Source: Hyperthermus butylicus DSM 5456
GTDB taxonomy: Archaea; Thermoproteota; Thermoprotei_A; Sulfolobales; Pyrodictiaceae
NCBI RefSeq assembly: GCF_000015145.1
Contig: NC_008818.1
Location: 870,001-902,000, forward strand
Length of the DNA stretch: 32,000 bases
Reading direction: 5' to 3'
Every line of letters begins with the position of its first letter. Within the stretch, counting starts at the first letter, position 1. Made by a program: the position numbers and the translations under genes. Below are positions 1 to 8,874 of this stretch, in pieces. A model generated the notes under the pieces. That model saw nothing but the letters and a program-made list of their open reading frames with translations, had not been told where the DNA came from and ran no database searches.

Positions 1-311
1 TCCGGCCCCTCCTCATCCTCCATTACTAGGAGCCCTATTGGCCTAACCTCTATAATAGTACCCGGTAGCACCGGCTGGTTCGATATGACTAGCACATCTA
101 CAGGATCACCATCCTCCTCCAAGGTGCCCGGTATGAAGCCATAGTTGAACGGGTAGACCATTGAGGTGTAGAGGAACCTATCTACACGAATAACCTCGGC
201 CTCCTCGTCAAACTCGTACTTTACATTGCTACCCATGGGTATCTCTACTAGGACGTTGACTATATCGGGAGCCTTCTCACCAGGGCCTATTCTCTCGTGT
301 ATGGAGGCCAT
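1..311 (-). CDS. ppa: Inorganic pyrophosphatase (C-terminus beyond window edge)
   Basis: Not in the ORF track because it runs off the edge. Reverse translation from ATG at 311 gives [103 protein letters not shown], with the typical soluble PPase signature ([11 protein letters not shown]...DGDPVDVLV). Confidence 0.96.
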   Translation of the reverse strand, partial: MASIHERIGPGEKAPDIVNVLVEIPMGSNVKYEFDEEAEVIRVDRFLYTSMVYPFNYGFIPGTLEEDGDPVDVLVISNQPVLPGTIIEVRPIGLLVMEDEEGP

Positions 312-419
312 TGTGTACCAGCCATGGTGTCTGGGCTCTATGCGCTAGTATAAATATATTAGTTCTTGGCTTTGTTGTGCTCCAAGGGGCTGTAAGGAGA
401 CATTACAGGGCCTAGTGGG

Positions 420-1010
420 GTGGCAGGCTTGCCCATCGATAAGGCTAAGATAGAGAAGGCTGTGAGAATGATCCTTGAGGCTATCGGGGAGGATCCAGAG
501 CGTGAAGGGCTCCGTGAGACGCCGCGACGAGTTGCCGACATGTTTGAGGAGCTGCTTGAGGGCTATGACTTCACCGAAGAATACACATGGTTTACCGAGG
601 CTACCGACCTGGTTGTGGTTAGCGGTATAAGGTTCTATAGTCTCTGCGAGCATCACCTGCTACCATTCTTCGGTGTAGCCCATGTAGCTTATCTTCCTCG
701 CGGCAAGGTTATCGGTTTGAGTAAGATTGTGCGTATAGTTAACAAGTATTCTAGAAGGCTACAAATCCAGGAGCGTATGACTAAACAGATAGCTGATGAA
801 ATCTCCAAGGCTACAGGCTCACCCGACGTGATGGTTATAACTGAGGCTGTACACCTCTGCATGGCTATGAGGGGTGTACGTAATGGGGCGCCAACTGTCG
901 TAGCTGCAGTGCGGGGCGAATTTGAGCGCGACCAGAGCCTAAAGGAGGAGGTTTACAGGATTATAGAGCCACATAGACTGTCAAGGGTTATCGCGCTTAG
1001 CTTCTTCTAG
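420..1010 (+). CDS. folE: GTP cyclohydrolase I (FolE, type IA)
   Basis: 196 aa, GTG start; [22 protein letters not shown] and HLCMAMRGV motifs with the zinc-binding Cys/His residues of FolE. Confidence 0.95.
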   Translation: MAGLPIDKAKIEKAVRMILEAIGEDPEREGLRETPRRVADMFEELLEGYDFTEEYTWFTEATDLVVVSGIRFYSLCEHHLLPFFGVAHVAYLPRGKVIGLSKIVRIVNKYSRRLQIQERMTKQIADEISKATGSPDVMVITEAVHLCMAMRGVRNGAPTVVAAVRGEFERDQSLKEEVYRIIEPHRLSRVIALSFF

Positions 1011-1461
1011 CCCGCTTTTCTCTTCCATTTCCACGTTTTAGCTCATACAATGCCATTACAAGACTTGCAACCACGTTATAGCTCATTCCTTCAACTCCAA
1101 CTGGTATGACGACCAAGTCACGTGGCTCTGGTATCTTCTCAAGAACCGTTCGGGGTATGCCGTAGTCCTCCGCGCCTATAATTAATGCTGTCTTCTCTGC
1201 AGGCTCTACCTCGGATAGCAGCTTGTCGCCGTAAACCTCCAGTACTATGTACTTGTCGGCGCTAGCTAGTTTTACAACCTCCTCAACAGAGTCTACAAAG
1301 ACCATATTGCTTCTTACATAGTCTGGCAAAGACTCTAGCCTGTAGTCGGTGCCTGGCCTACGCACAACGTAGAGTCTAGCGTTAGCACTATAAGCTATCA
1401 CTGCCACGTCCTGCAGGTTCTGGGGGTTTTTGGGATGGTAGAAGATGATGCTGAGTTCCAT
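997..1461 (-). CDS. SPOUT/SpoU-like RNA methyltransferase-related protein
   Basis: 154 aa; [20 protein letters not shown]...[27 protein letters not shown] resembles SpoU motifs 2 and 3. Confidence 0.6.
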   Translation of the reverse strand: MELSIIFYHPKNPQNLQDVAVIAYSANARLYVVRRPGTDYRLESLPDYVRSNMVFVDSVEEVVKLASADKYIVLEVYGDKLLSEVEPAEKTALIIGAEDYGIPRTVLEKIPEPRDLVVIPVGVEGMSYNVVASLVMALYELKRGNGREKRARRS

Positions 1462-2301
1462 TTCGTCATCTACACCCCGCCATCACTATTTGACGCTGCA
1501 GTTATAGCCAGGACTATCTATGCAGGGCTAGGCGTTAAGCGTAACTGGCGTATACACATAGTGGGTGTTGGGAGCCGCATACCCATCAAGCTCCTCCTCG
1601 AGTCACGTATACCCATAGGTCTTGCACTTGAAAGAATCCGTACCAAGGAACCCCACATAGTGAGCGGCGAGGATGTTTACATAGTTGATAGCCGTGGCAG
1701 GCCCGCCTGGGAGTTCGGCAGAGAGCCTAGAGTTCTCGTAGTAGACTATAGCGGCGTATATGCTAGTCAGCTTGAGGATAAGAGAGCAGTACGTGTTCGC
1801 GGCTTGGGGCTTCAGAGCATAACCTATGAGGCTATCTCTGTCATCTACGAGTTCTTCATTAGGAGGATGTATGGAAAGAGGGGTGTCAAGCACATTACTG
1901 GCGACATACGGAGTGCTGTCTACCTTGCACGAAAACTTGTAGAGATAATGAGCAATTTTGACAATTACGTGCTGGTTGAACCGAATGCCGTCGTCTACGT
2001 CTTGAGGAGAGTATATCTCTCCGAGGGCATTCTATTGGATCCAGCAAAGTACAGTATCACTGTAGATCCCGTTGCCGGTAGCGTAAGTCAAGTCATAGAG
2101 ATGAATGCGTACACCCGTAGGCTTAGACCACTGGGCAAAGTCTACGCAAGACTTGAGGATGAGGTGTTTAGTGTTGAGGACTGGAGGGGTGTAAGGTACA
2201 GATTCTACATAGACAAGGCTAGGCGTGCTGTCTGCGTAACACCAGACTACTGTGTCTCCACCGGCACAATGAAATCTGAGCTGCCGCCATCGATACTGTA
2301 G
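1435..2301 (+). CDS. Hypothetical archaeal protein
   Basis: 288 aa long ORF with non-repetitive composition ([40 protein letters not shown]...); no family recognised. Confidence 0.75.
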   Translation: MVEDDAEFHFVIYTPPSLFDAAVIARTIYAGLGVKRNWRIHIVGVGSRIPIKLLLESRIPIGLALERIRTKEPHIVSGEDVYIVDSRGRPAWEFGREPRVLVVDYSGVYASQLEDKRAVRVRGLGLQSITYEAISVIYEFFIRRMYGKRGVKHITGDIRSAVYLARKLVEIMSNFDNYVLVEPNAVVYVLRRVYLSEGILLDPAKYSITVDPVAGSVSQVIEMNAYTRRLRPLGKVYARLEDEVFSVEDWRGVRYRFYIDKARRAVCVTPDYCVSTGTMKSELPPSIL

Positions 2302-2684
2302 TCCACAACTATCTCGTAGCTCTTAAGGGCCTCTAATACATCACGCAGTGGCCCCCTAGCAAGCCACCCCGACACTATACAAGCGCTTAAGTTTTCGGCA
2401 CCATACACTCCTAGGTCACTGAGTATACGTCGTATAATATACTGCAACTCTTTCCTAGCCAGCAGGCAGAAGGGGGAAGGCTGAGGCGGCACTATGGCAA
2501 GAATATTTTCGCCCCCAAGCCCGAACGCTACCAGTATACAAGGGCCCGAGGCACATTTAGCCTTAAGCACCAGTGCCGCGTCGGGCAGCTCCCCAGCCTC
2601 CCTACTAGTTCTCCTCCACAATATGACCCCAAGCCCGCCAAGCCCGCTCAACATATTCCCCACAGATGAGAGTAGCCTAGACAA
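2247..2684 (-). CDS. Hypothetical protein
   Basis: 145 aa ORF, convergent and overlapping the previous gene by about 55 bp; plausible protein composition but no recognised family. Confidence 0.5.
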   Translation of the reverse strand: MSRLLSSVGNMLSGLGGLGVILWRRTSREAGELPDAALVLKAKCASGPCILVAFGLGGENILAIVPPQPSPFCLLARKELQYIIRRILSDLGVYGAENLSACIVSGWLARGPLRDVLEALKSYEIVVDYSIDGGSSDFIVPVETQ

Positions 2685-2804
2685 GTATTAGGGCTGCCCT
2701 GTAGACCAGCTAGTGTGGCTGGGCCGGTGAAGCCTCCACGCAGGCCTGAACCGGTGATGAGGCTCGGGCAAGCAGCGAGGCCCCCAAGAAAGGGCTGAGA
2801 TGCC

Positions 2805-3056
2805 ATGCCTAGATGGCGATGGCTCAACGACGAGCTTCTCGTGAAATTTGTTACACGAGCACGCAATCGCTGGAGTGACTTTGAGGTGCTGCGCATTGTG
2901 CAGAAGCGTAGGAAGCAACTGTTATATGTACGTGTTCAAGGCATGAATGTCAAGCTAATAATATATCCTGACGGCACTGTAAGGTCTTTCGGGAGGAGTG
3001 AAGGTCTTGCACTAGCCGTAAAGAGGGTTCTTGAGAGGGTGCTGGGCGTTGAATAG
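2805..3056 (+). CDS. Small hypothetical protein
   Basis: 83 aa ORF (MPRWRWLNDELLVKFVTRARNRWSDFEVLRIVQKRRKQLLYVRVQGMNVKLIIYPDGTVRSFG...) directly upstream of and overlapping the next ORF, suggesting an operon. Confidence 0.55.
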   Translation: MPRWRWLNDELLVKFVTRARNRWSDFEVLRIVQKRRKQLLYVRVQGMNVKLIIYPDGTVRSFGRSEGLALAVKRVLERVLGVE

Positions 3057-3828
3057 TATTGAGCCCAGAGTTGCCCGCGAGACACAGCGCCAGAGGATAA
3101 ACGCTGCTATAGAAGCCCTTTCTAGGCTGCTCCGAGAAAACATTGTTGATCGCAAAAAGGCTGCTAGGGTAGTTGAGGAGACTTACCGGGCTAAAGCGGT
3201 ACAGCCCATCCGTGGTAAGGCATGGCCTCCCGATATATGGGATAAAGAGCTAGCCACACTCTACGTAATAGCTAAGCATGCATTCGCCCTTCACGAGGAG
3301 AACCCAGACTTCTTTCACGAGCTCTTTAGCTACGAGGAGACCCTTGAAGAGGCTGCTAAGGCTATTTTGGAGAAAGAGCAGGAGGAGGCTAGGAAAATAT
3401 CCTCGTTCCTACTCGGCGGCGACGTATCAGACAATGCTGTTGCTAGACTGCTACGGGTCGTAGCTACGGCGGTAGTGTTAGGTTTCGAGGACGAGGATAA
3501 GCTGATCAAGCTGCTGAACAAACTGCCAAGAGTCTTTCCCGAGGCTGAGAGGACTGTAAGAAAGTACTCAAGGTTTTACATTGCGCTACGTGTTGCCCAA
3601 GCTATTGCTGCCAGGATAATCCGCAACAGAATAGACAAGGAGGCGTTTAAGCAAGCGCTAGCAGCGAGAATAGGCATTGAGAAGGTGATACCCGATGACG
3701 AGTATATAGCGTTTATAGCAGCTAACGTTTTTGAAGTACCACAGCAGAGGCTGCGCAAGATACTCTCCATAGACTCTGGCTCTAAGCATGTAAAGCGCAA
3801 GGGAAGGATCTCAGCCGCGGGTTCATAG
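3031..3828 (+). CDS. Conserved crenarchaeal protein, probably DUF2192 family
   Basis: 265 aa; segment YRAKAVQPIRGKAWPPDIWDKELATLYVIAKHAFAL recalls DUF2192 proteins. Family assignment is from memory. Confidence 0.6.
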   Translation: MRGCWALNSIEPRVARETQRQRINAAIEALSRLLRENIVDRKKAARVVEETYRAKAVQPIRGKAWPPDIWDKELATLYVIAKHAFALHEENPDFFHELFSYEETLEEAAKAILEKEQEEARKISSFLLGGDVSDNAVARLLRVVATAVVLGFEDEDKLIKLLNKLPRVFPEAERTVRKYSRFYIALRVAQAIAARIIRNRIDKEAFKQALAARIGIEKVIPDDEYIAFIAANVFEVPQQRLRKILSIDSGSKHVKRKGRISAAGS

Positions 3829-3918
3829 CCCATCCCGACTATGCGGTTGGCCCCTTGTAAGCCTCATCACGGCCCAGACCTGGTTAGAGTAGCGTTTCGG
3901 GGCATAAAATAGAGTAGT

Positions 3919-5307
3919 TTAGCTGGTCCTGTGGCGCTCTAAGTCGATCCTCTTTAACTCCTCGATTAATGCTTCAATAGCATTGTCGAGTGCTTCCTCA
4001 GCAATCGTCAACGGTGGGGCTATTCTTACTACTGAGATCCCAGCTGCTATGAAGAGGTAGCCCTTCTTGAATAGCCTCGAGAGCAGCTCTGCTAGCTCCT
4101 TCCTTGCCGGCTCCTTGGTCCTCCTATCTCTTACAAGCTCTACACCTATCATTAGCCCCTTGCCCCTAACATCGCCTATGAGTTCTATCTCCTCCTTAGC
4201 CTCATTCAACCTCTTTAGCACCTTTTCGCCGAGCCTCGCGGCTCTCTCACAAAGCCTCTCCCGCTTCATGTAGTCTATGACTGCTATGGCAGCTGCCGCA
4301 GATACCGGGTTGCCACCAAAGGTTGTTGCATGGCCACCAGGCTCTATCGTCATCACCTTTTCACTGCCAATAACGGCACCTAATGGTAGACCACCAGCAA
4401 TGGCCTTAGCCGTCGCTACAACGTCTGGCTTAACACCCCAATGCTCTATGGCAAACCAGCGCCCAGTCCTGCAGAACCCTGTCTGAACTTCATCGCTCAC
4501 AAGCAGTATGCCATGCTGTCTCGCTAGTTTCTCCAGCTTGCTAAAGAAATTGTCTGGCGGGACTACATAACCTCCCTCGCCTTGTATAGGCTCAAAGATA
4601 AACGCTGCCACCTCAGCCGGATCAACCATCTTCCCGAAGATCCACTCTTCAATATAGCCTATGATTGCCTCGCCGCATTCTTCCGGCGTCTCAGCACGGA
4701 ATGGGCAACGGTACGGATATGGGTAGGGTACGTGGATAACGCTTGGCAGTAACGGGCTAAACCATTTGCGCTGTACTGGCTTGCTAGCCGTCAGCGATAC
4801 CGCACCCATGGTTCTGCCATGGAATGCGCCGAGGAAGGCGATTAAGTACTGGCGCCGGGTAGAATACCTTGAAACTTTTATTGAGGCCTCTATGCTTTCG
4901 GCTCCGCTGTTTGTAAAGAAAACCTTTGCAGGTTTCTCAACTGGCGCTATCTCTACGAGCTTTTCTGCAAGCCTTACAGCTACCTCGTAATAGAAGTCGG
5001 TGAGACTATAGTGAGTAAACTTTTTGAGCTGCTCAATTGCAGCCTTTACAACATCTGGATTTGAAGAACCAACATTTAACACAGCTATACCAGCGTTAAG
5101 GTCTATGTACATATTACCATCTACATCCCACACTAAGTAGTCCTCAGCACGCTCAACTACAAGTGGGTACCACCTGGCAAAGCTCTGCATTAGAAGCTTC
5201 TGATCTTTCTCTATTACCTCCCGGGCCTTTGGGCCCGGAGGCTCAACTATAATCCTGGGCTTAACCGGCTTGTCTGAGGTCATTACACACCACCATGCTA
5301 AGGGCAT
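3919..5307 (-). CDS. Class-III PLP-dependent aminotransferase (4-aminobutyrate / acetylornithine aminotransferase family)
   Basis: 462 aa; FFTNSGAESIEASIKVSR, GAFHGRTMGA, FEPIQGEGGYVVPP, LLVSDEVQTGFCRTGRWFAIEHWGVKPDVVATAKAIAGGLPLGAV (PLP lysine). Substrate cannot be assigned. Confidence 0.93.
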   Translation of the reverse strand: MPLAWWCVMTSDKPVKPRIIVEPPGPKAREVIEKDQKLLMQSFARWYPLVVERAEDYLVWDVDGNMYIDLNAGIAVLNVGSSNPDVVKAAIEQLKKFTHYSLTDFYYEVAVRLAEKLVEIAPVEKPAKVFFTNSGAESIEASIKVSRYSTRRQYLIAFLGAFHGRTMGAVSLTASKPVQRKWFSPLLPSVIHVPYPYPYRCPFRAETPEECGEAIIGYIEEWIFGKMVDPAEVAAFIFEPIQGEGGYVVPPDNFFSKLEKLARQHGILLVSDEVQTGFCRTGRWFAIEHWGVKPDVVATAKAIAGGLPLGAVIGSEKVMTIEPGGHATTFGGNPVSAAAAIAVIDYMKRERLCERAARLGEKVLKRLNEAKEEIELIGDVRGKGLMIGVELVRDRRTKEPARKELAELLSRLFKKGYLFIAAGISVVRIAPPLTIAEEALDNAIEALIEELKRIDLERHRTS

Positions 5308-5358
5308 AGCGTTAAAAGGGGGACGGCGTCACCCCCCGCTGGCCGGGTAGGTTAGGGT

Positions 5359-5679
5359 ATGTCGGGCGAGGATAAAAGAGTCTACACTGGGATTATCCTG
5401 GGCTACAGGCTTGGAAGCAATACACAGTATGAGAAACAAGTGTTGATAAGAGTTGACGGGGTAAACGATAGGGCTTCAGCTTCAAGGCTAATAGGCTGGA
5501 AGGTCTTGTACCGCGACGGCAAGGGTAACGAGTACCGGGGCAAGATAGTACATGTACATGGCAGCAAGGGCGTTGTGATAGCTGTCTTTAAGCCAAACCT
5601 GCCAGGTCAGGCCAGGGGAGGCAACGTCTACATCTACCCGAAAGGCATTGAACTCGTTTTTGAAGAAGAAAAACAGTAA
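5359..5679 (+). CDS. rpl35ae: Ribosomal protein L35Ae
   Basis: 106 aa; TGIILGYRLGSNTQYEKQVLIRVDGVNDRASASRLIGWKVLYRDGKGNEYRGKIVHVHGSKGVVIAVFKPNLPGQARGGNVYIYP is typical of L35Ae. Confidence 0.93.
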   Translation: MSGEDKRVYTGIILGYRLGSNTQYEKQVLIRVDGVNDRASASRLIGWKVLYRDGKGNEYRGKIVHVHGSKGVVIAVFKPNLPGQARGGNVYIYPKGIELVFEEEKQ

Positions 5680-5692
5680 CTGGACCCATAAG

Positions 5693-6145
5693 CTAGTCCT
5701 GCCCACCAACATCAACGTTTATTATGTATTGTGCAGGGAGCCCGTTCTCCAGCACCTCCCGAATCCTCCGTAAATGCGGCGCTAATGCTGATGGCCTAAA
5801 GTTCTTTGAGTCCAACTGCTCAGGCTCAATCCACTCTATCCTCAAGTGCTCCTCTCTAGGCTTGATCTCCGCATCACCTACATCGCATAGAAAGTAGAAG
5901 CCTACCTCATGGACCAGCCCGCTCCTTCTCTTGTAGAAAGAGTCAACGATAAATATCAGCCTCATGTTCTCTATCTTCTCTATCCCAAGCTCTTCGTGAA
6001 CCTCCCTCTGGAGCCCCTGCACGATAGTCTCGTCGGGCCTTATCCTCCCCCCGGGCAGCCTGTAAAAATCACCCTTCTTGCTGAGCTGAACTAGTATTTT
6101 TCCGTCCCTCAGTATTATACAACGCGCCGCGACTCGAAATAGCAT
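5693..6145 (-). CDS. Nudix hydrolase
   Basis: 150 aa; Nudix box GGRIRPDETIVQGLQREVHEELGI. Confidence 0.93.
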   Translation of the reverse strand: MLFRVAARCIILRDGKILVQLSKKGDFYRLPGGRIRPDETIVQGLQREVHEELGIEKIENMRLIFIVDSFYKRRSGLVHEVGFYFLCDVGDAEIKPREEHLRIEWIEPEQLDSKNFRPSALAPHLRRIREVLENGLPAQYIINVDVGGQD

Positions 6146-6221
6146 CGTTGGCCCCGTGTGGTGGTAGAAACTATAGATATTCTAGAGTATTTTACAAGTC
6201 GCGGAAGATACTGCATAACTG

Positions 6222-7076
6222 CTAGAGTGGCGGGACTAATACTGGAGCTTCAACTGTGTATCCAAGTCTCCTCAGCTGCTGGGAAACCATGTAAGCTGTA
6301 TCCTCGTCTTCTACTATTGCTACCAGGCGCGAGCCATAGGCATCGATGAATGCTGTAGAAGCTCCCGCACTTATAGCTTCATTTATGAGGCGTAGCATCC
6401 TCCTAGCCAGGGCTCGGGGCAGTCTTTCAGCCACGACACTTGCTACCGCGTCTACTAGGGCTAGGGGGTCAGCTATATGCTCGAGTACAGCATCCTCGAT
6501 CGCAGATTCTGCTTCAGCTATAGCCTCCAGCATCCTAGCGCCAGGTAGGGGTTTCTCTAGGGAAGTTACAACTATCCAGTAGTCTCTGAGACTACCGAGT
6601 GGCACTATGGTGTTTGAGAGCATTGCAAGGCTACCCTCAAGGGAGGCCATCGCCGTCTCTATGCCCGGCTCGTCACTCAGAGCTCTTGATATCACGCCGA
6701 AGGTTATCTCCTCGCGTACATAACCCTCATAACCTATCCTTGTAAGCACTCGCGGAAGTATAGGTGATGAGAAGGCTACCCCCCGACCAAACAACTTGAC
6801 CTCAATGTTCTCTCCCGCTGCTATACTGCCAAGACTACAAGCTTGCACTATCACAGGAAGATCAGCTGCTATTGCTACTCCCACAAGCCCCAGCCTTGGT
6901 ATCAGAGTGACTGCTGTGTGCGCCTCCACCTCTATACATCTAGAGACGCCAGTTGCCGTGAGCACTATACCGGTGTACAGTGGGTATACGGTATCCGCCC
7001 TCTCTATCAAGGCGATAGCTCCCACATAGATAGTGGCTGCACGAGCTGGGAGAGGGCTAGTGGGAGCCGATAACAC
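6222..7076 (-). CDS. Hypothetical protein downstream of mevalonate kinase
   Basis: 284 aa, same strand, about 50 bp after mvk. C-terminus (INEAISAGASTAFIDAYGSRLVAIVEDEDTAYMVSQQLRRLGYTVEAPVLV) is loosely reminiscent of a GHMP C-terminal domain, but no catalytic motif is evident. Confidence 0.65.
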   Translation of the reverse strand: MLSAPTSPLPARAATIYVGAIALIERADTVYPLYTGIVLTATGVSRCIEVEAHTAVTLIPRLGLVGVAIAADLPVIVQACSLGSIAAGENIEVKLFGRGVAFSSPILPRVLTRIGYEGYVREEITFGVISRALSDEPGIETAMASLEGSLAMLSNTIVPLGSLRDYWIVVTSLEKPLPGARMLEAIAEAESAIEDAVLEHIADPLALVDAVASVVAERLPRALARRMLRLINEAISAGASTAFIDAYGSRLVAIVEDEDTAYMVSQQLRRLGYTVEAPVLVPPL

Positions 7077-7126
7077 CCAACTATATACACTAGACTAGCT
7101 GGAAATACATAGCCTGTCTGGACAAT

Positions 7127-8077
7127 CTAGACTGGTCCCTGGAGACCCGGCACCCCCAGCTCAACCTCGTAGACACGGAACCCCCTTAGCTCAAGAGCCT
7201 TCTTCACACGACTCGCGTGCTCTAGATCTACGAGGACTATCGCCGTACCACCCATCCCTGCACCAGTGAGCTTAGCCCCGAGGGCACCTTCGCGCCTTGC
7301 TATCCACACTATCTCCTCAAGCACGGGATGCGACACACCCATAGCGTTTAAGAGACCATGCGCTACATCCATTAGTTCTCCGAGCCTTACGCTATCCCCC
7401 CTAGAGAGCGCCGCCAGAGCCTCTTCAACGATACCATCAGCTGTTTCAAGGAGCCGCCTGCCCAGCCTACCCAGCCTCTCAAGCCTTACTGTAAACCGTT
7501 CAACAGCAATCCTAGTAGACCGAGAAACCCCACTATCAACTATAAGTAGCCTAGTATCCCGCATTCCCCTAAACTCTACGCGTTTAAAACCACTGCCACG
7601 TCGATAGAGTATAAATCCGCCATATAACGCAACGGTATTGTCAACGCCGCTCGGATTCCCATGGACAACCTTCTCAGCCTCAAATGCAGCACGCCATAAC
7701 ACATCATATCCAGGCTCCAATCCGCCAACACAAGCATAAGCAGCTACCGCAGCTAACGCTGTAGCAGCACTACTCCCAAGCCCCGCCCCAACCGGTATGT
7801 CAGACTCTATACGTATACGTGCAGGCCACAAGCTACGTCCATAACTACTAGCCACAAGCCTAAATCCCGCTAGAAGATTACAAAACCTACTACAGCTCTC
7901 CATGAGGTTCTCCCCGATTCTATAGAGCTGCGAGAAGACCCATAACCCCGATTCTGAAGGACTACCATAGGCCCGTGCTCTCAAGCCAATAGCAGCTGCA
8001 AGAGCAAGGCCGCCATGAACAACCCAATGCTCGCCAAACACTATAACCTTAGCAGGCGCTGACCATGCACACCCCAA
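7127..8077 (-). CDS. mvk: Mevalonate kinase (GHMP kinase)
   Basis: 316 aa; APAKVIVFGEHWVVHGGLALAAAIGLR, IPVGAGLGSSAATALAAVAAY and GAKLTGAGMGGTAIVLV motifs; TTG start. Confidence 0.95.
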   Translation of the reverse strand: MGCAWSAPAKVIVFGEHWVVHGGLALAAAIGLRARAYGSPSESGLWVFSQLYRIGENLMESCSRFCNLLAGFRLVASSYGRSLWPARIRIESDIPVGAGLGSSAATALAAVAAYACVGGLEPGYDVLWRAAFEAEKVVHGNPSGVDNTVALYGGFILYRRGSGFKRVEFRGMRDTRLLIVDSGVSRSTRIAVERFTVRLERLGRLGRRLLETADGIVEEALAALSRGDSVRLGELMDVAHGLLNAMGVSHPVLEEIVWIARREGALGAKLTGAGMGGTAIVLVDLEHASRVKKALELRGFRVYEVELGVPGLQGPV

Positions 8078-8243
8078 ACACTACACCCGTGAAGCACAAG
8101 AGGACCCACTATTAGCCAGCTATAAAACCCAAAATTCACCACTTAAAAGGGAGAAGCTGCTAGAGAAGTATGAAGCACGGGGGTACCGGAAGCGGGAAAA
8201 AGAGATCAGACCACGGGAGCTACCCTCTCCCCACCTCATATCC

Positions 8244-8447
8244 TTAGCTGCAGATTGGGTAGTCGTCTGGTACCTTGGCTCTGAAGTACTTGCCTGTTTC
8301 GGGGCTCTTGAATAGGCCTATCTTGACGCCCTTCCTACCCTTGGGTGCTAGCTGCCACACCTTGATTGGTACCAGCTCTACCTCCTTACCAGTAGTAGGG
8401 TCACGAACCTTAACAGGCTTCTCACACGCCAACCCAACACACCCCAC
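8244..8447 (-). CDS. creN7: Chromatin protein Cren7
   Basis: 67 aa; [56 protein letters not shown] is near-diagnostic for Cren7. The annotated GTG start may include a few extra N-terminal residues. Confidence 0.96.
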   Translation of the reverse strand: MGCVGLACEKPVKVRDPTTGKEVELVPIKVWQLAPKGRKGVKIGLFKSPETGKYFRAKVPDDYPICS

Positions 8448-8485
8448 AGACAGCTACTTCTCGTGTAGAGGGTACCTCCTCCACT

Positions 8486-8493
8486 CTTTTATA
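8486..8493 (-). promoter_or_regulatory. Putative TATA box of cren7
   Basis: Minus-strand GCCTATAAAAGAG about 40 nt upstream of the cren7 start; good crenarchaeal TATA match. Confidence 0.6.
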
Positions 8494-8874
8494 GGCTTTA
8501 CGTTTGGGGCCAGCCGGCCGGTTGCGCGGGGACAGCGGCCCCCCTGGATATACTTCTGTATTACCAGAGCTATATGGGTGGGCCCCAGTTTCGTAGCCTA
8601 CCCGGCCAGAAACAGCATTGAGTATGACTAATCGTAGTTCCACGAACAACATTAAATTATTAAATAATTAAACTAGATGTTTACTTAGTCGAGTTGGGCA
8701 TATATGGTAAATAGAAGACCACAATAATGGCCATCGTTCCAGGACTTACCGAGTCTATTCACTCCAACAAGTAGATGTCTTAAATGTTCTTAAGAACATC
8801 TCCATCTGACAATAATAGTGCACGTCTATCCAACACTTGACTCGTATAACACACGGAATAATGACCATTAGCAT

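Noticed and set aside
2494-2691. Plus-strand 65-aa ORF opposite 2247-2684
   Set aside because: Pro/Ser-rich short antisense frame; the minus-strand ORF is a better candidate.
3811-3870. Possible minus-strand C/D sRNA (GTGATGA at 3870-3864, CTGA at 3814-3811, 60 nt)
   Set aside because: C and D are present but no D' box and only a poor C' (around GGGATGG). It overlaps the 3' end of a coding ORF and has no terminal stem. It is probably chance; small-RNA-seq could revive it.
8275-8652. ORFs 8275-8631 (+) and 8422-8652 (-) around cren7
   Set aside because: Overlap the well-supported cren7 gene or its promoter and have no recognisable protein features.
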